From Methanothermobacter marburgensis str. Marburg (GTDB lineage Archaea > Methanobacteriota > Methanobacteria > Methanobacteriales > Methanothermobacteraceae), in contig NC_014408.1 in the NCBI RefSeq assembly GCF_000145295.1, positions 1,200,001 to 1,232,000 on the forward strand: a stretch of 32,000 nt of DNA. Direction: 5' to 3'. Positions 8,459 through 16,009 of this stretch are shown piece by piece. Position numbers and translations under genes: made by a program. Every line of letters starts with the position of its first letter. Position 1 is the stretch's first letter. Below the pieces are notes generated by a model. The model was not told where the DNA came from. It did no database searches and saw only the letters and a list, made by a program, of their open reading frames with translations.

Positions 8459-9169
8459 TCAGGCCTCCATTACCCTGTAGATTATTCCTCCATCTTTTTC
8501 ATGTAACATGCCCTCATTGAACCTTATTTTCTTTAGAATATTAACAGGATCAGTTATTTCAACCCCTGCAATCATATCAACCCCGTATTCAAAAAAAACA
8601 TCTGTCATTGGCGTTGTGGGTCCTATGATAGCCACAAAAGCATCAAGTTCTGCCAGTGCAAGGTAACGTTCTGTGCTGTGATTGACCAGTGTGCTGCCAG
8701 TCACTGCAAGTACATCAACCCGGGGGATAATCTGTTCAGCCGCTGTTTCAGGAAAAACACCCCTTTTAGGATTGACCTTAAATGGATTGATCTCCAGAAT
8801 ATAGAACTCGTCCGAAACCGTCCTTATCCTGTCAGTGTAGCGGCGTGGGAATTCACCCACCATAGCGATTTTTCGATTTCGGCATTCCTCCATCAGTATA
8901 TCAAATGCATTGCATCGTTTACCACCTCCCTCGATCACTGAGTTAACAGTAGCAATTCCCAGGCTGGAATAAAATGGGTCCCATGACCTTGAAAGTTCAA
9001 GTAATTCATGAGTCATCTCTGGAATTTCAAAATCTCTGATGAATCCATTATTACTGGCTATACCGCAGGAGCTGCTCCAAACAGCCGTCCATGATCTGCC
9101 TATGGCCACATCCCTTACTCTGATTTCAGGCATGTTCTCAATCTCATCCAGTATATCATCAAGTATCAT
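8459..9169 (-). CDS. DUF4213/DUF364-like (putative heavy-metal chelation) protein, paralogue a
   Basis: VRDVAIGRSWTAVWSSSCGIASN (DUF4213-like), then IAMVGEFP and DVLAVTGSTLVNHSTERYL...VAIIGPTTPM (DUF364-like). The ORF track starts at 9238, inside the polyferredoxin gene. ATG 9169 gives 236 aa with no overlap. Confidence 0.65.
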   Translation of the reverse strand: MILDDILDEIENMPEIRVRDVAIGRSWTAVWSSSCGIASNNGFIRDFEIPEMTHELLELSRSWDPFYSSLGIATVNSVIEGGGKRCNAFDILMEECRNRKIAMVGEFPRRYTDRIRTVSDEFYILEINPFKVNPKRGVFPETAAEQIIPRVDVLAVTGSTLVNHSTERYLALAELDAFVAIIGPTTPMTDVFFEYGVDMIAGVEITDPVNILKKIRFNEGMLHEKDGGIIYRVMEA

Positions 9170-9201
9170 AATAGCACCAGTATAATGGCAATTTCGGGCA
9201 T

Positions 9202-10200
9202 TTATTTCTGGAGTGCCGTCTTTATGATGTGTTCCCATGCCACTGACTTTAGATTCCTGATCCTTAGTTCAGACCTTTCAATAGAGAGGAGTCCATCGGG
9301 ACAGACACTGGAGCATGCTCCGCAGAATACGCAGAATTTCTCATCGATCCGGGCAGTACCATTTATTATACTGATTGCATTACAGGGACAAACATCCACA
9401 CACGCGTGGCATGACTCACCCCTGCATCGCTCATCTGCCTGGCCTATGGTTCCTCTGATGGGTTTTTTAACGGTGATCGCATTTGCCGGGCATATTTCCA
9501 TACACCAACCACAGTGAGCACATTTTTCATCAATTGTTATGACAGCACCCTCAACAGTGGCCTTCAGTTCCTCCTTATACATGCATGTCAGACAGCTCAT
9601 ACGGATGGCGCCAACAGGACATATCCTTTTGCATATGCCGCAGTAGAGACATTTATCCTCATCCACCCGGATTCCATCGGCTATCGCCATATTTGATGAA
9701 TCCGGGTCTCTCCAGCTTATTTCAATGGCTGATACAGGACACATAGCTGCACATTCACCACAATAGATGCATTTTTCCATTGATACATTTATCTCCCCTT
9801 TTACAAGGGATTTACGTTCAGGAAGATCCCTGATGGTTAAGAGTGCATTCCTTGGACATGCATCGGCGCAATTACCGCATAAAAAGCATTTTTCGTCATC
9901 AATTTCAAGTTTAAAGTCCCAGAACGGATATTCATCGGCGCCCCTTATGCTTTTACCATCCTTCTGGAGATCTATGGCTCCGAAGATGCATACTGAAGCA
10001 CATAACCCACATAGAACACACTTCTCCTTGTTGAAGGACACTCTGTTCATTTTGATTAAACCCCTCGCTATTGGGAGAAGAGGAGCTATATCTATAGCGT
10101 CCACAGGGCATGTCTCTGAACATAACCCACAACCCGTGCATAGATCCGGATTGTAATTCAGTGTCCTCCTTTCAGAACCCATCCTTTCATTAACCAACAT
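9202..10200 (-). CDS. polyferredoxin with eight [4Fe-4S]-type Cys motifs (FwdF-like)
   Basis: Eight motifs counted: CTGCGLCSETCP, CVLCGLCASVC, CFLCGNCADACP, CIYCGECAAMCP, CLYCGICKRICP, CAHCGWCMEICP, CRGESCHACVDVCP, CVFCGACSSVCP. Confidence 0.85.
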   Translation of the reverse strand: MLVNERMGSERRTLNYNPDLCTGCGLCSETCPVDAIDIAPLLPIARGLIKMNRVSFNKEKCVLCGLCASVCIFGAIDLQKDGKSIRGADEYPFWDFKLEIDDEKCFLCGNCADACPRNALLTIRDLPERKSLVKGEINVSMEKCIYCGECAAMCPVSAIEISWRDPDSSNMAIADGIRVDEDKCLYCGICKRICPVGAIRMSCLTCMYKEELKATVEGAVITIDEKCAHCGWCMEICPANAITVKKPIRGTIGQADERCRGESCHACVDVCPCNAISIINGTARIDEKFCVFCGACSSVCPDGLLSIERSELRIRNLKSVAWEHIIKTALQK

Positions 10201-10393
10201 CAGTATCTACCTCAGAAATAGCGCCGTTTGGGCAGTTAGAGATGCAAAGCCTACAATTATCACATTTATCATTTATCACAAGGGGAAATCCGTTGTCCTC
10301 AATTATTGCATCCTTTTCACAGATGAGAATGCAGAGGCCTTTTCCCGCGCAGTTTTCAACACCGCTACATTTCTCCCTATTGATGACTATCAT
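10190..10393 (-). CDS. small ferredoxin (FwdG-like size)
   Basis: One canonical motif (CDNCRLCISNCP) plus an atypically spaced Cys cluster (CSGVENCAGKGLCILIC). ATG 10393 is preceded by GAGGTTGG. The ORF track starts at 10423. Confidence 0.75.
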   Translation of the reverse strand: MIVINREKCSGVENCAGKGLCILICEKDAIIEDNGFPLVINDKCDNCRLCISNCPNGAISEVDTDVG

Positions 10394-10444
10394 AGACCAA
10401 CCTCGAAATGTAATTTTTTGCATATCGTATATTCCAAAAGTCCA

Positions 10445-10452
10445 TATATAAA
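10445..10452 (-). promoter_or_regulatory. TATA box candidate for the Fdx-polyFdx-mod operon
   Basis: TTTATATA on the minus strand, about 52 nt upstream of ATG 10393. Confidence 0.45.
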
Positions 10453-10543
10453 TCTTTCTTAATGGACCTCATGAAAACAGTACTGTTTTACATGGCAGCT
10501 GAAGACCCCCGCAGTTATAATGGATATCCTCACATATTTCCTG

Positions 10544-10555
10544 AAAAATAAAAAA
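10544..10555 (-). terminator. oligo-T terminator candidate (T6-A-T5 on the minus strand)
   Basis: aaaaataaaaaa on the plus strand, immediately downstream of the stop of ORF 10562..10957. Confidence 0.45.
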
Positions 10556-10561
10556 TTAAAA

Positions 10562-10957
10562 TTAATCTGTTCTTCCAGGTCCAAAGAAGTACCCCAGACC
10601 TAGAAGGCCCACTATCGCCACTATACCAACTATGGCATAGACAGGTAGCCCGGTCTCCGGGTTAGCTGAACCTGAGGCGCTGCTGACCTCATAGGCCTTA
10701 CCCTGGTTTTCGCCCGCTGAGGAATGAGTTGCTGCCTCCACTCCAGGTGCTGATGTTGAAACATCTGAACCCTGTGATTCCTCGTGATGTGGCTCCCCCT
10801 TGTCTGCTGATGTACCCGGTGCCTGTGGCTGTCCTGGATTTGATGGTGCTGTCGGTGTGGATCCTCCATCGGGGGATAGTGCGAATGCTGAGCTCTTCGT
10901 GGCAGCGTAAAGCTTCTCCCTGACCCTTGAGAGAAGGTCCGGGTTCATGTACTGCAT
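10562..10957 (-). CDS. low-complexity P/S/G/A/T-rich protein with a single C-terminal TM anchor
   Basis: 131 aa. No N-terminal signal-like segment. C-terminal LPVYAIVGIVAIVGLLGLGYFF. An oligo-T tract follows the stop. Two other frames are also open on the same strand, so frame choice rests on the TM tail. Confidence 0.35.
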   Translation of the reverse strand: MQYMNPDLLSRVREKLYAATKSSAFALSPDGGSTPTAPSNPGQPQAPGTSADKGEPHHEESQGSDVSTSAPGVEAATHSSAGENQGKAYEVSSASGSANPETGLPVYAIVGIVAIVGLLGLGYFFGPGRTD

Positions 10958-11112
10958 GACTCACTCATTAATACACGCATAATAAAGGTTAATCTGGAAA
11001 GCCCTTTAAATGTTCAAAAAATCGGAATCGATCAATCAACTGAAGAGGCCATTTAGTGCCATTCAATGCACCGGTTATGTAAAATTATATTTAATAAATT
11101 AATCACAGGGTG

Positions 11113-11808
11113 CTAGATCTCCAGGGTTACCCTGAGGGGTATATGATCAGATAACCTTGGCCTGGTCTCTATAATTTCACCTGCCGGAGGGTGCCAGACG
11201 TCAAGGATCTTCACTCCTTCCGGGACAAAGAGGTAATCAATCTGGTATTTCCCCCCGTTAGGTGTCATGAATGTGAATGGATCTTCCTCCTCCCTGAGAA
11301 CATCCCTGAATCCAAGTTCAGAGAGTCTTCCGGTCATCTCCTCTGCAAGGAGTGCTAACCTCCTCAGGGATGGGCTGAAGTTTTTATTGATGTTGAAATC
11401 ACCGCCAATTATGATCAGGTCCTCTCCCTCCTCAATGTAGTTATACAGGAGGTCAAGGAACTCAGAAAAGTCACTATCTGCTGGCCCAATGTAATTGTAT
11501 ATGCTAAAGAGGGAAAGACTATTTCCTCCGATTTCTATTCTGCAGGAAACATAAAAATCTTCTATACAGTGGTTGTCTGAGATTTCAAGGTAGTTCCTTT
11601 TCATGGAATCCAGCATGAGATCCTTATGAAGAAGTAATGTGTTCATCTCCCCGCGGAAGGTATGGTAATTCCACCTTACCTCATTGGGTATCATGTAGAC
11701 CTCCTGGAAAAATCCTGCATCAAATTCCAGTTCCCCCATATAACTCCAGAGTTTCCTCCGCCTGTAGGATGCCCGGTTCAGGTTCCATGTCAGAACCTTA
11801 AGTTCCAT
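11113..11808 (-). CDS. endonuclease/exonuclease/phosphatase (EEP) family protein
   Basis: N-terminal LKVLTWNLN, IIIGGDFNI, and C-terminal SDHIPLRVTLEI are the conserved EEP catalytic motifs. GGGGGTGAT SD. Confidence 0.75.
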   Translation of the reverse strand: MELKVLTWNLNRASYRRRKLWSYMGELEFDAGFFQEVYMIPNEVRWNYHTFRGEMNTLLLHKDLMLDSMKRNYLEISDNHCIEDFYVSCRIEIGGNSLSLFSIYNYIGPADSDFSEFLDLLYNYIEEGEDLIIIGGDFNINKNFSPSLRRLALLAEEMTGRLSELGFRDVLREEEDPFTFMTPNGGKYQIDYLFVPEGVKILDVWHPPAGEIIETRPRLSDHIPLRVTLEI

Positions 11809-11851
11809 TCAATCACCCCCAGGTTCAGGTTCCATGTCAGAACCTTAAGTT
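11775..11851. repeat. 30-bp perfect direct repeat, period 47 bp
   Basis: ggttcaggttccatgtcagaaccttaagtt occurs at 11775-11804 (codons 2-11 of the EEP gene) and again at 11822-11851 (its 5' flank). Confidence 0.95.
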
Positions 11852-11914
11852 ATCCTATAGAAAATTGTGATGCCCATTAACTTAAACACAACCGGAAACA
11901 TTTATATGGGAAGA

Positions 11915-11949
11915 ATGTAATATATTACCTAAACATGTAATATATTACC
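11915..11949. promoter_or_regulatory. two copies of atgtaatatattacc, each with the 12-bp perfect palindrome gtaatatattac, period 20 bp
   Basis: Copies at 11915-11929 and 11935-11949, between a TATA-like tttatat (11901-11907) and ATG 11968. Confidence 0.6.
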
Positions 11950-11967
11950 ATAGGAGTTTTTGAGAAG

Positions 11968-12795
11968 ATGAAAATAAATAAGATCCATACACTAACAGCC
12001 CTCATAACACTTATGGGGCTCTTTGCAACACTATCTGGCCTCCTGGACCAGAATACATACATCAACGACTCATTATCAGCAACTGCACAGATGATGGGCC
12101 AGGACCTCGTGACACTCACCACAGGGATCCCCCTCCTAATCATTTCAGCATACCTTAGCCGTTCCTCGGCCAAAGCCAGGCTGCTGTGGATGGGTGGAAT
12201 GTTCTACTTCACCTACACCTATGCCTCCATGGCCTTCCTCGCATCCTACAACAGTCTCTTCCTCCTGTATGTGGGCATACTTGCCTTATCACTCTACGGC
12301 CTCATGGGAGAGCTGTTCACAACCACCTACAGGGTTAAGGTTGATGAAAAAAAATCAGGCTTCACAGCCATCTACCTCACCCTCACCGGATTAATGCTGG
12401 CAGCCATGTGGATCAAGATGATCACAGATTCCCTGATAACCGGCATGGCCCCGGGGGCCCTTGAGGGCTACACAACCCTCGTCATACAGGCACTCGACCT
12501 CGGCGTCGTGGTTCCAGCGGCCCTCCTCACATCATACTTCCTCCTGAAGAGAGAAGTGTGGGGCTACATACTTGCACCGGTATTCCTTGTCAAGGTATCA
12601 TTACTGGGAACAGCCATACTCTCAATGGTGGCCTTCATGGCCATGGAGGGGGTCCCATTCAGCTGGGGGCAGGCTGCCTTCTTTATGGTCCTCACCTTCA
12701 CAGGCCTGGCCGTCACCGGGATTTTCTACCGGGGAATGGCAATCACATCAGGGAGGTTGACACTGGATGAAGGATATGCAGGCAATACGGGATGA
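11968..12795 (+). CDS. polytopic membrane protein, unknown family
   Basis: 275 aa with about 7-8 hydrophobic segments. AGGAG upstream. Overlaps the MarR gene by 29 nt. Confidence 0.7.
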   Translation: MKINKIHTLTALITLMGLFATLSGLLDQNTYINDSLSATAQMMGQDLVTLTTGIPLLIISAYLSRSSAKARLLWMGGMFYFTYTYASMAFLASYNSLFLLYVGILALSLYGLMGELFTTTYRVKVDEKKSGFTAIYLTLTGLMLAAMWIKMITDSLITGMAPGALEGYTTLVIQALDLGVVVPAALLTSYFLLKREVWGYILAPVFLVKVSLLGTAILSMVAFMAMEGVPFSWGQAAFFMVLTFTGLAVTGIFYRGMAITSGRLTLDEGYAGNTG

Positions 12796-13264
12796 ACACC
12801 GGGAGACAAGGGAGTCCATGGAGAGGTACATACTGGTAGCCCTCTTCCTCATCGAGCAGCGCTGGAGCTACATAGTGAGCCGCGAGTTCCGCGAAGATGG
12901 CATAACAGCAAAGCAGTGGCTCTTCATGGTGATCCTTGGAAACGTCTTTGAAAGGCCCCCCTCAATGCAGGAGATGGCTGATGCCATGAGCACCACCCAC
13001 CAGAACGTCAAGCAACTTGCAGTTCGCCTTGAGGATAAGGGACTCCTGAGAATAAAAAAGGACCCTGAAAACAGGAGGATCCTGCGCCTCGAGCCAACAG
13101 GGAGGTTCCATGAGTTCTGGGCTGGTAGAGATGAGAGAGACTCCGCCACCCTGAAATCCCTCTTCGATTCACTTGACGATGAAGAGGTCAAAAGCCTGTT
13201 TAACGTATTTTCAAAGCTTGAGGAAGCCTCAAAGCAGCGATATATGGAATACCGTAAGAGATGA
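12767..13264 (+). CDS. MarR-family winged-helix transcriptional regulator
   Basis: PPSMQEMADAMSTTHQNVKQLAVRLEDKGLLRIKKDPENRRILRLEPT is a typical MarR HTH plus wing. GGGAGGTT SD 8 nt upstream. Confidence 0.85.
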   Translation: MKDMQAIRDEHRETRESMERYILVALFLIEQRWSYIVSREFREDGITAKQWLFMVILGNVFERPPSMQEMADAMSTTHQNVKQLAVRLEDKGLLRIKKDPENRRILRLEPTGRFHEFWAGRDERDSATLKSLFDSLDDEEVKSLFNVFSKLEEASKQRYMEYRKR

Positions 13265-13268
13265 GCAT

Positions 13269-14000
13269 ATGCTAAGAAAAAGATTTGAAATGGAAGTTAG
13301 AGAAGAACTCAGAAAGGTTTATAATCTGAATGAGAGGGAACTACCAGGGTTACTTGCAGGATACCTTGAATCCTCCGGTCTCCCCCATGACCCTCAAAAC
13401 CTCCTGATCAGGTGGGCTGACTCAAAAATAAGGAGAGGACCCCGCTGGATGAATGTGGACATGACCCAGATCAACACTCCAGCACCCTTCAGGAGCGTTT
13501 ACATAAAGGGCCGTTTTTTAGGAATACCCCTTGAGGGCCTTGACATATATTCCGGAGGCCATGGAGAGATGACCATCAGGGCACTGAAATTTCTGAAGGT
13601 CGCAGAGGAGCGTGGAGATCCTATGGACGTGTCAGCCCTTGTAACTCTACTCTCAGAGGCCCCATTTCTCCCATCCCTATTCCTTGCAGAGTGTACGGAA
13701 TGGTCACAGCTGGATGATGAAAGGGTTGAGGGTAGAATCAGGGACCATGGCATCACTGCCAGTGGTCTGTTCACCTTCGATGAGCATGGAAGGTTCCTGA
13801 AATTCTATACAGAGGACAGGTACTGTGTAGAGTTCAACATGGAGCAGCACCCCTGGAGTGTTGAGGTGCTATCATACAGGGATGCCGGGGGTTTTATCTA
13901 TCCCGCGGAGTGCACAGCAACATGGCACCTCCCGGAGGGTGACCTGAAGTACTTCCATGGAAGGATCAGAGACGCAAAGTTCAACATAAGGACGCTTTAA
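13269..14000 (+). CDS. conserved hypothetical protein (possibly DUF6544-like)
   Basis: ATG 13269 is 4 nt after the MarR stop; the ORF-track start at 13173 would overlap MarR by 92 nt. Family resemblance is from memory only. Confidence 0.55.
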   Translation: MLRKRFEMEVREELRKVYNLNERELPGLLAGYLESSGLPHDPQNLLIRWADSKIRRGPRWMNVDMTQINTPAPFRSVYIKGRFLGIPLEGLDIYSGGHGEMTIRALKFLKVAEERGDPMDVSALVTLLSEAPFLPSLFLAECTEWSQLDDERVEGRIRDHGITASGLFTFDEHGRFLKFYTEDRYCVEFNMEQHPWSVEVLSYRDAGGFIYPAECTATWHLPEGDLKYFHGRIRDAKFNIRTL

Positions 14001-14074
14001 CTGTCCGGATCACTCCAGGATTGAAGAAAATTCAGGGCACTTTAAATATATTATGAAACATAGGAGATACTGTT

Positions 14075-14806
14075 ATGAAAGAACTCTATCCATTCATTTT
14101 CAGAAGAAAGTCCACGAGAAAGTACAGGGGCCCTGCATCAGAGGATGAGCTCAGGGAAATTGAGGACCGCCTTGAGAAACTTGAACCCCTGCTGGAGGAT
14201 GTTGATACCGAATTCAGGCTCCTGGAGAGGGATGATGTGAGGACCCGGATGCAGCAGCCGGCCCCCCACTATATAGCAGCCTTCTCAGATGGCTATGTGG
14301 GGAAGGTGAATGTGGGATTCATGCTCCAGCAGATGGACCTCAGAATCTCAGGCATGGGCCTCGGGAGCTGCTGGCAGGGGATCCCACGGCTGAGGGCTCA
14401 TGTGAAGTCTGAACTTGATTTTGTCATACTCCTGGCCTTTGGTGCTGCAGCTGAACCCGTCCACAGGGAGCACTCCGAGTTCAGGAGGAAGCCCCTCAGT
14501 AAGATAACGGACATGGAGGGGATGGATGACGTCCTCGAGGCCGTGAGACTTGCACCCTCAGCTGTCAACAACCAGCCATGGTACTTCACCGGTGGAGATG
14601 GAAAGATCCATGCCTACTGCCAGGTGCAGAGCCCCCTCAAGAGGCGCCTTGTGGGGAGGTGGAACCCCATAGATATGGGGATAGCCCTTGCACACCTCAG
14701 GATCTCACTTGAATACCACGGGTACCGGTCTGAATTCAGAATCCTCGACGGGGTGGATGAACTTAAAAACTACAGCTACACCGGTACATTCATCTATGGG
14801 GACTGA
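14075..14806 (+). CDS. nitroreductase-family protein
   Basis: N-terminal RRKSTRKY and LAPSAVNNQPWYF motifs. Own TATA-like ctttaaatatatta and AGGAG SD. Confidence 0.85.
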   Translation: MKELYPFIFRRKSTRKYRGPASEDELREIEDRLEKLEPLLEDVDTEFRLLERDDVRTRMQQPAPHYIAAFSDGYVGKVNVGFMLQQMDLRISGMGLGSCWQGIPRLRAHVKSELDFVILLAFGAAAEPVHREHSEFRRKPLSKITDMEGMDDVLEAVRLAPSAVNNQPWYFTGGDGKIHAYCQVQSPLKRRLVGRWNPIDMGIALAHLRISLEYHGYRSEFRILDGVDELKNYSYTGTFIYGD

Positions 14807-14808
14807 AA

Positions 14809-15252
14809 ATGGAGAATAAAGCTCTGGTGGAATTCCTGGGGGATAAGGAATTTAGAAACTCTGAGTTCGTGGCTGGCATTGTAGCCAACCTCGTCCTCCT
14901 CTACATCATAAACAGTGTGATGAACTGGGATATCTCCTTCATTGCAGATTCCTTCAGGGACCTTATACCATTATTAAATGCTGTGATAGGAGCCAATCTG
15001 GCTGCGAATGCCTGTTTCCTCATCTACGGGAGGCAGTGGTTCTGGACGTTCATGCAGATCATCCTGAGTGCACTGGGGTACCTTATGGTCTCATCCCTTT
15101 ACAGTGTATTCCCCTTCACCTTCAGGAACATCTATGTGTTCTACTCTGTCAGATTCGCCCTCCTTGTTGCAATGGTCGTCCTTGCGGTCGCCGTATTCCT
15201 TCATGGCCTCAAATTTGTGCTGAAGTTCGTCCTGAAGATTGACCTGGAATAG
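14809..15252 (+). CDS. membrane protein, unknown family
   Basis: 147 aa with four hydrophobic segments. Starts 2 nt after the nitroreductase stop. Confidence 0.6.
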   Translation: MENKALVEFLGDKEFRNSEFVAGIVANLVLLYIINSVMNWDISFIADSFRDLIPLLNAVIGANLAANACFLIYGRQWFWTFMQIILSALGYLMVSSLYSVFPFTFRNIYVFYSVRFALLVAMVVLAVAVFLHGLKFVLKFVLKIDLE

Positions 15253-15262
15253 AATTCGGGAA

Positions 15263-15553
15263 TCAGTCCCTGAATATGGCTGAGGCCGTGTTCATTGCAG
15301 AGCCGGCCCTTATCAGTGCCGCCACCGCCGCGGCCTCTGCCAGTTCCCCCTCTGTTATACCTGCCTCAAGGGCCTCCTCTGCGTGTCTCCGTGTGCATGC
15401 ATCACACCTGACTGCAACCGAACATGCCACCGATATGAGAAGTTTCTCCCTCTCTGTGAGTTTACCCTCAGATCTAACTGCTTCCCTGAAGTTTTTGAAT
15501 GATTCTGCAACTTCAGGTAGTTCCCCAAGAAATCTGTCTGCTCCTGTCTTCAT
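15263..15553 (-). CDS. carboxymuconolactone decarboxylase / AhpD-like family protein
   Basis: 96 aa. LTEREKLLISVACSVAVRCDACTRRH carries the CxxC core typical of the AhpD/CMD family. Confidence 0.8.
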   Translation of the reverse strand: MKTGADRFLGELPEVAESFKNFREAVRSEGKLTEREKLLISVACSVAVRCDACTRRHAEEALEAGITEGELAEAAAVAALIRAGSAMNTASAIFRD

Positions 15554-15586
15554 GTTCCTTAAGCTGACATCATCACTTAAATACCT

Positions 15587-15982
15587 TCAGGGTATGGGTA
15601 TGCCGTGGGGGCACCTTGCCGGGTTCCTCAGGTACCTCATGAGTGCCAGCTCTGTTTCCCTGAAGAGCTCGTGCTTCATGCGGGAGGCCTCCTCATAGGA
15701 TGAGTCGAGGTCCATTCCAAGGACGTTGTGGAAGAAGCACTCCAGGATCATGTGCCTCCTCAGAACCATCTCTGCAATCTCCCTTCCCTCATCTGTGAGT
15801 TCAGCCCCCAGGTATGGGTGGTAGATGACAAGGCCCATTTCATGGAGTCTCTTGAGCATCTGGGTTACACTGGCTGGTCTGACGTTCATCCTTGATGACA
15901 GGTCAGAGGTTTTAACGATCCCGTGACTACTTAACCTGTATAATGTCTCGAGGTAGTTTTCCATGCTCCTTGTGAGTTCCAT
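15587..15982 (-). CDS. DtxR/MntR/SirR-family metal-dependent repressor
   Basis: MENYLETLYRL...VKTSDLSSRMNVRPASVTQMLKRLHEMGLV...LTDEGREIAEMVLRRHMILECFF is the DtxR N-terminal HTH plus dimerisation/metal domain. ATG 15982 is preferred over the track start at 16009. Confidence 0.85.
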   Translation of the reverse strand: MELTRSMENYLETLYRLSSHGIVKTSDLSSRMNVRPASVTQMLKRLHEMGLVIYHPYLGAELTDEGREIAEMVLRRHMILECFFHNVLGMDLDSSYEEASRMKHELFRETELALMRYLRNPARCPHGIPIP

Positions 15983-15993
15983 AAAGACACCAA

Positions 15994-16009
15994 TTGAATA
16001 TATATTCAA
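15994..16009. promoter_or_regulatory. 16-bp perfect palindrome ttgaatatatattcaa, candidate DtxR-family operator
   Basis: Self-complementarity verified base by base. It lies 12 nt upstream of the repressor ATG in the divergent spacer. Confidence 0.55.

Noticed and set aside
9185-10156. Plus-strand ORFs 9185..9517, 9514..9696 and 9767..10156
   Set aside because: They are antisense to the polyferredoxin gene. Their His/Ala/Gln-rich sequence is simply the complement of repeated Cys-containing motifs.
10630-10964. Alternative minus-strand frames 10630..10869 and 10698..10964, and plus-strand frame 10729..10923
   Set aside because: They overlap the frame that carries the TM anchor and terminator. 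They are His/Arg/Gln-rich with no features and are open only because the segment is GC-rich.
12194-12770. Alternative-frame ORFs inside the membrane-protein gene (12194..12394, 12558..12770, 12572..12760)
   Set aside because: They are on the same strand but out of frame with a 275-aa polytopic membrane ORF that has a proper SD. Their Pro/Ser/Trp-rich sequences are typical off-frame products.
15276-15698. 140-aa plus-strand ORF
   Set aside because: It is antisense to the AhpD-like and DtxR-family genes, is Ser/Ala-rich, and has no start context.
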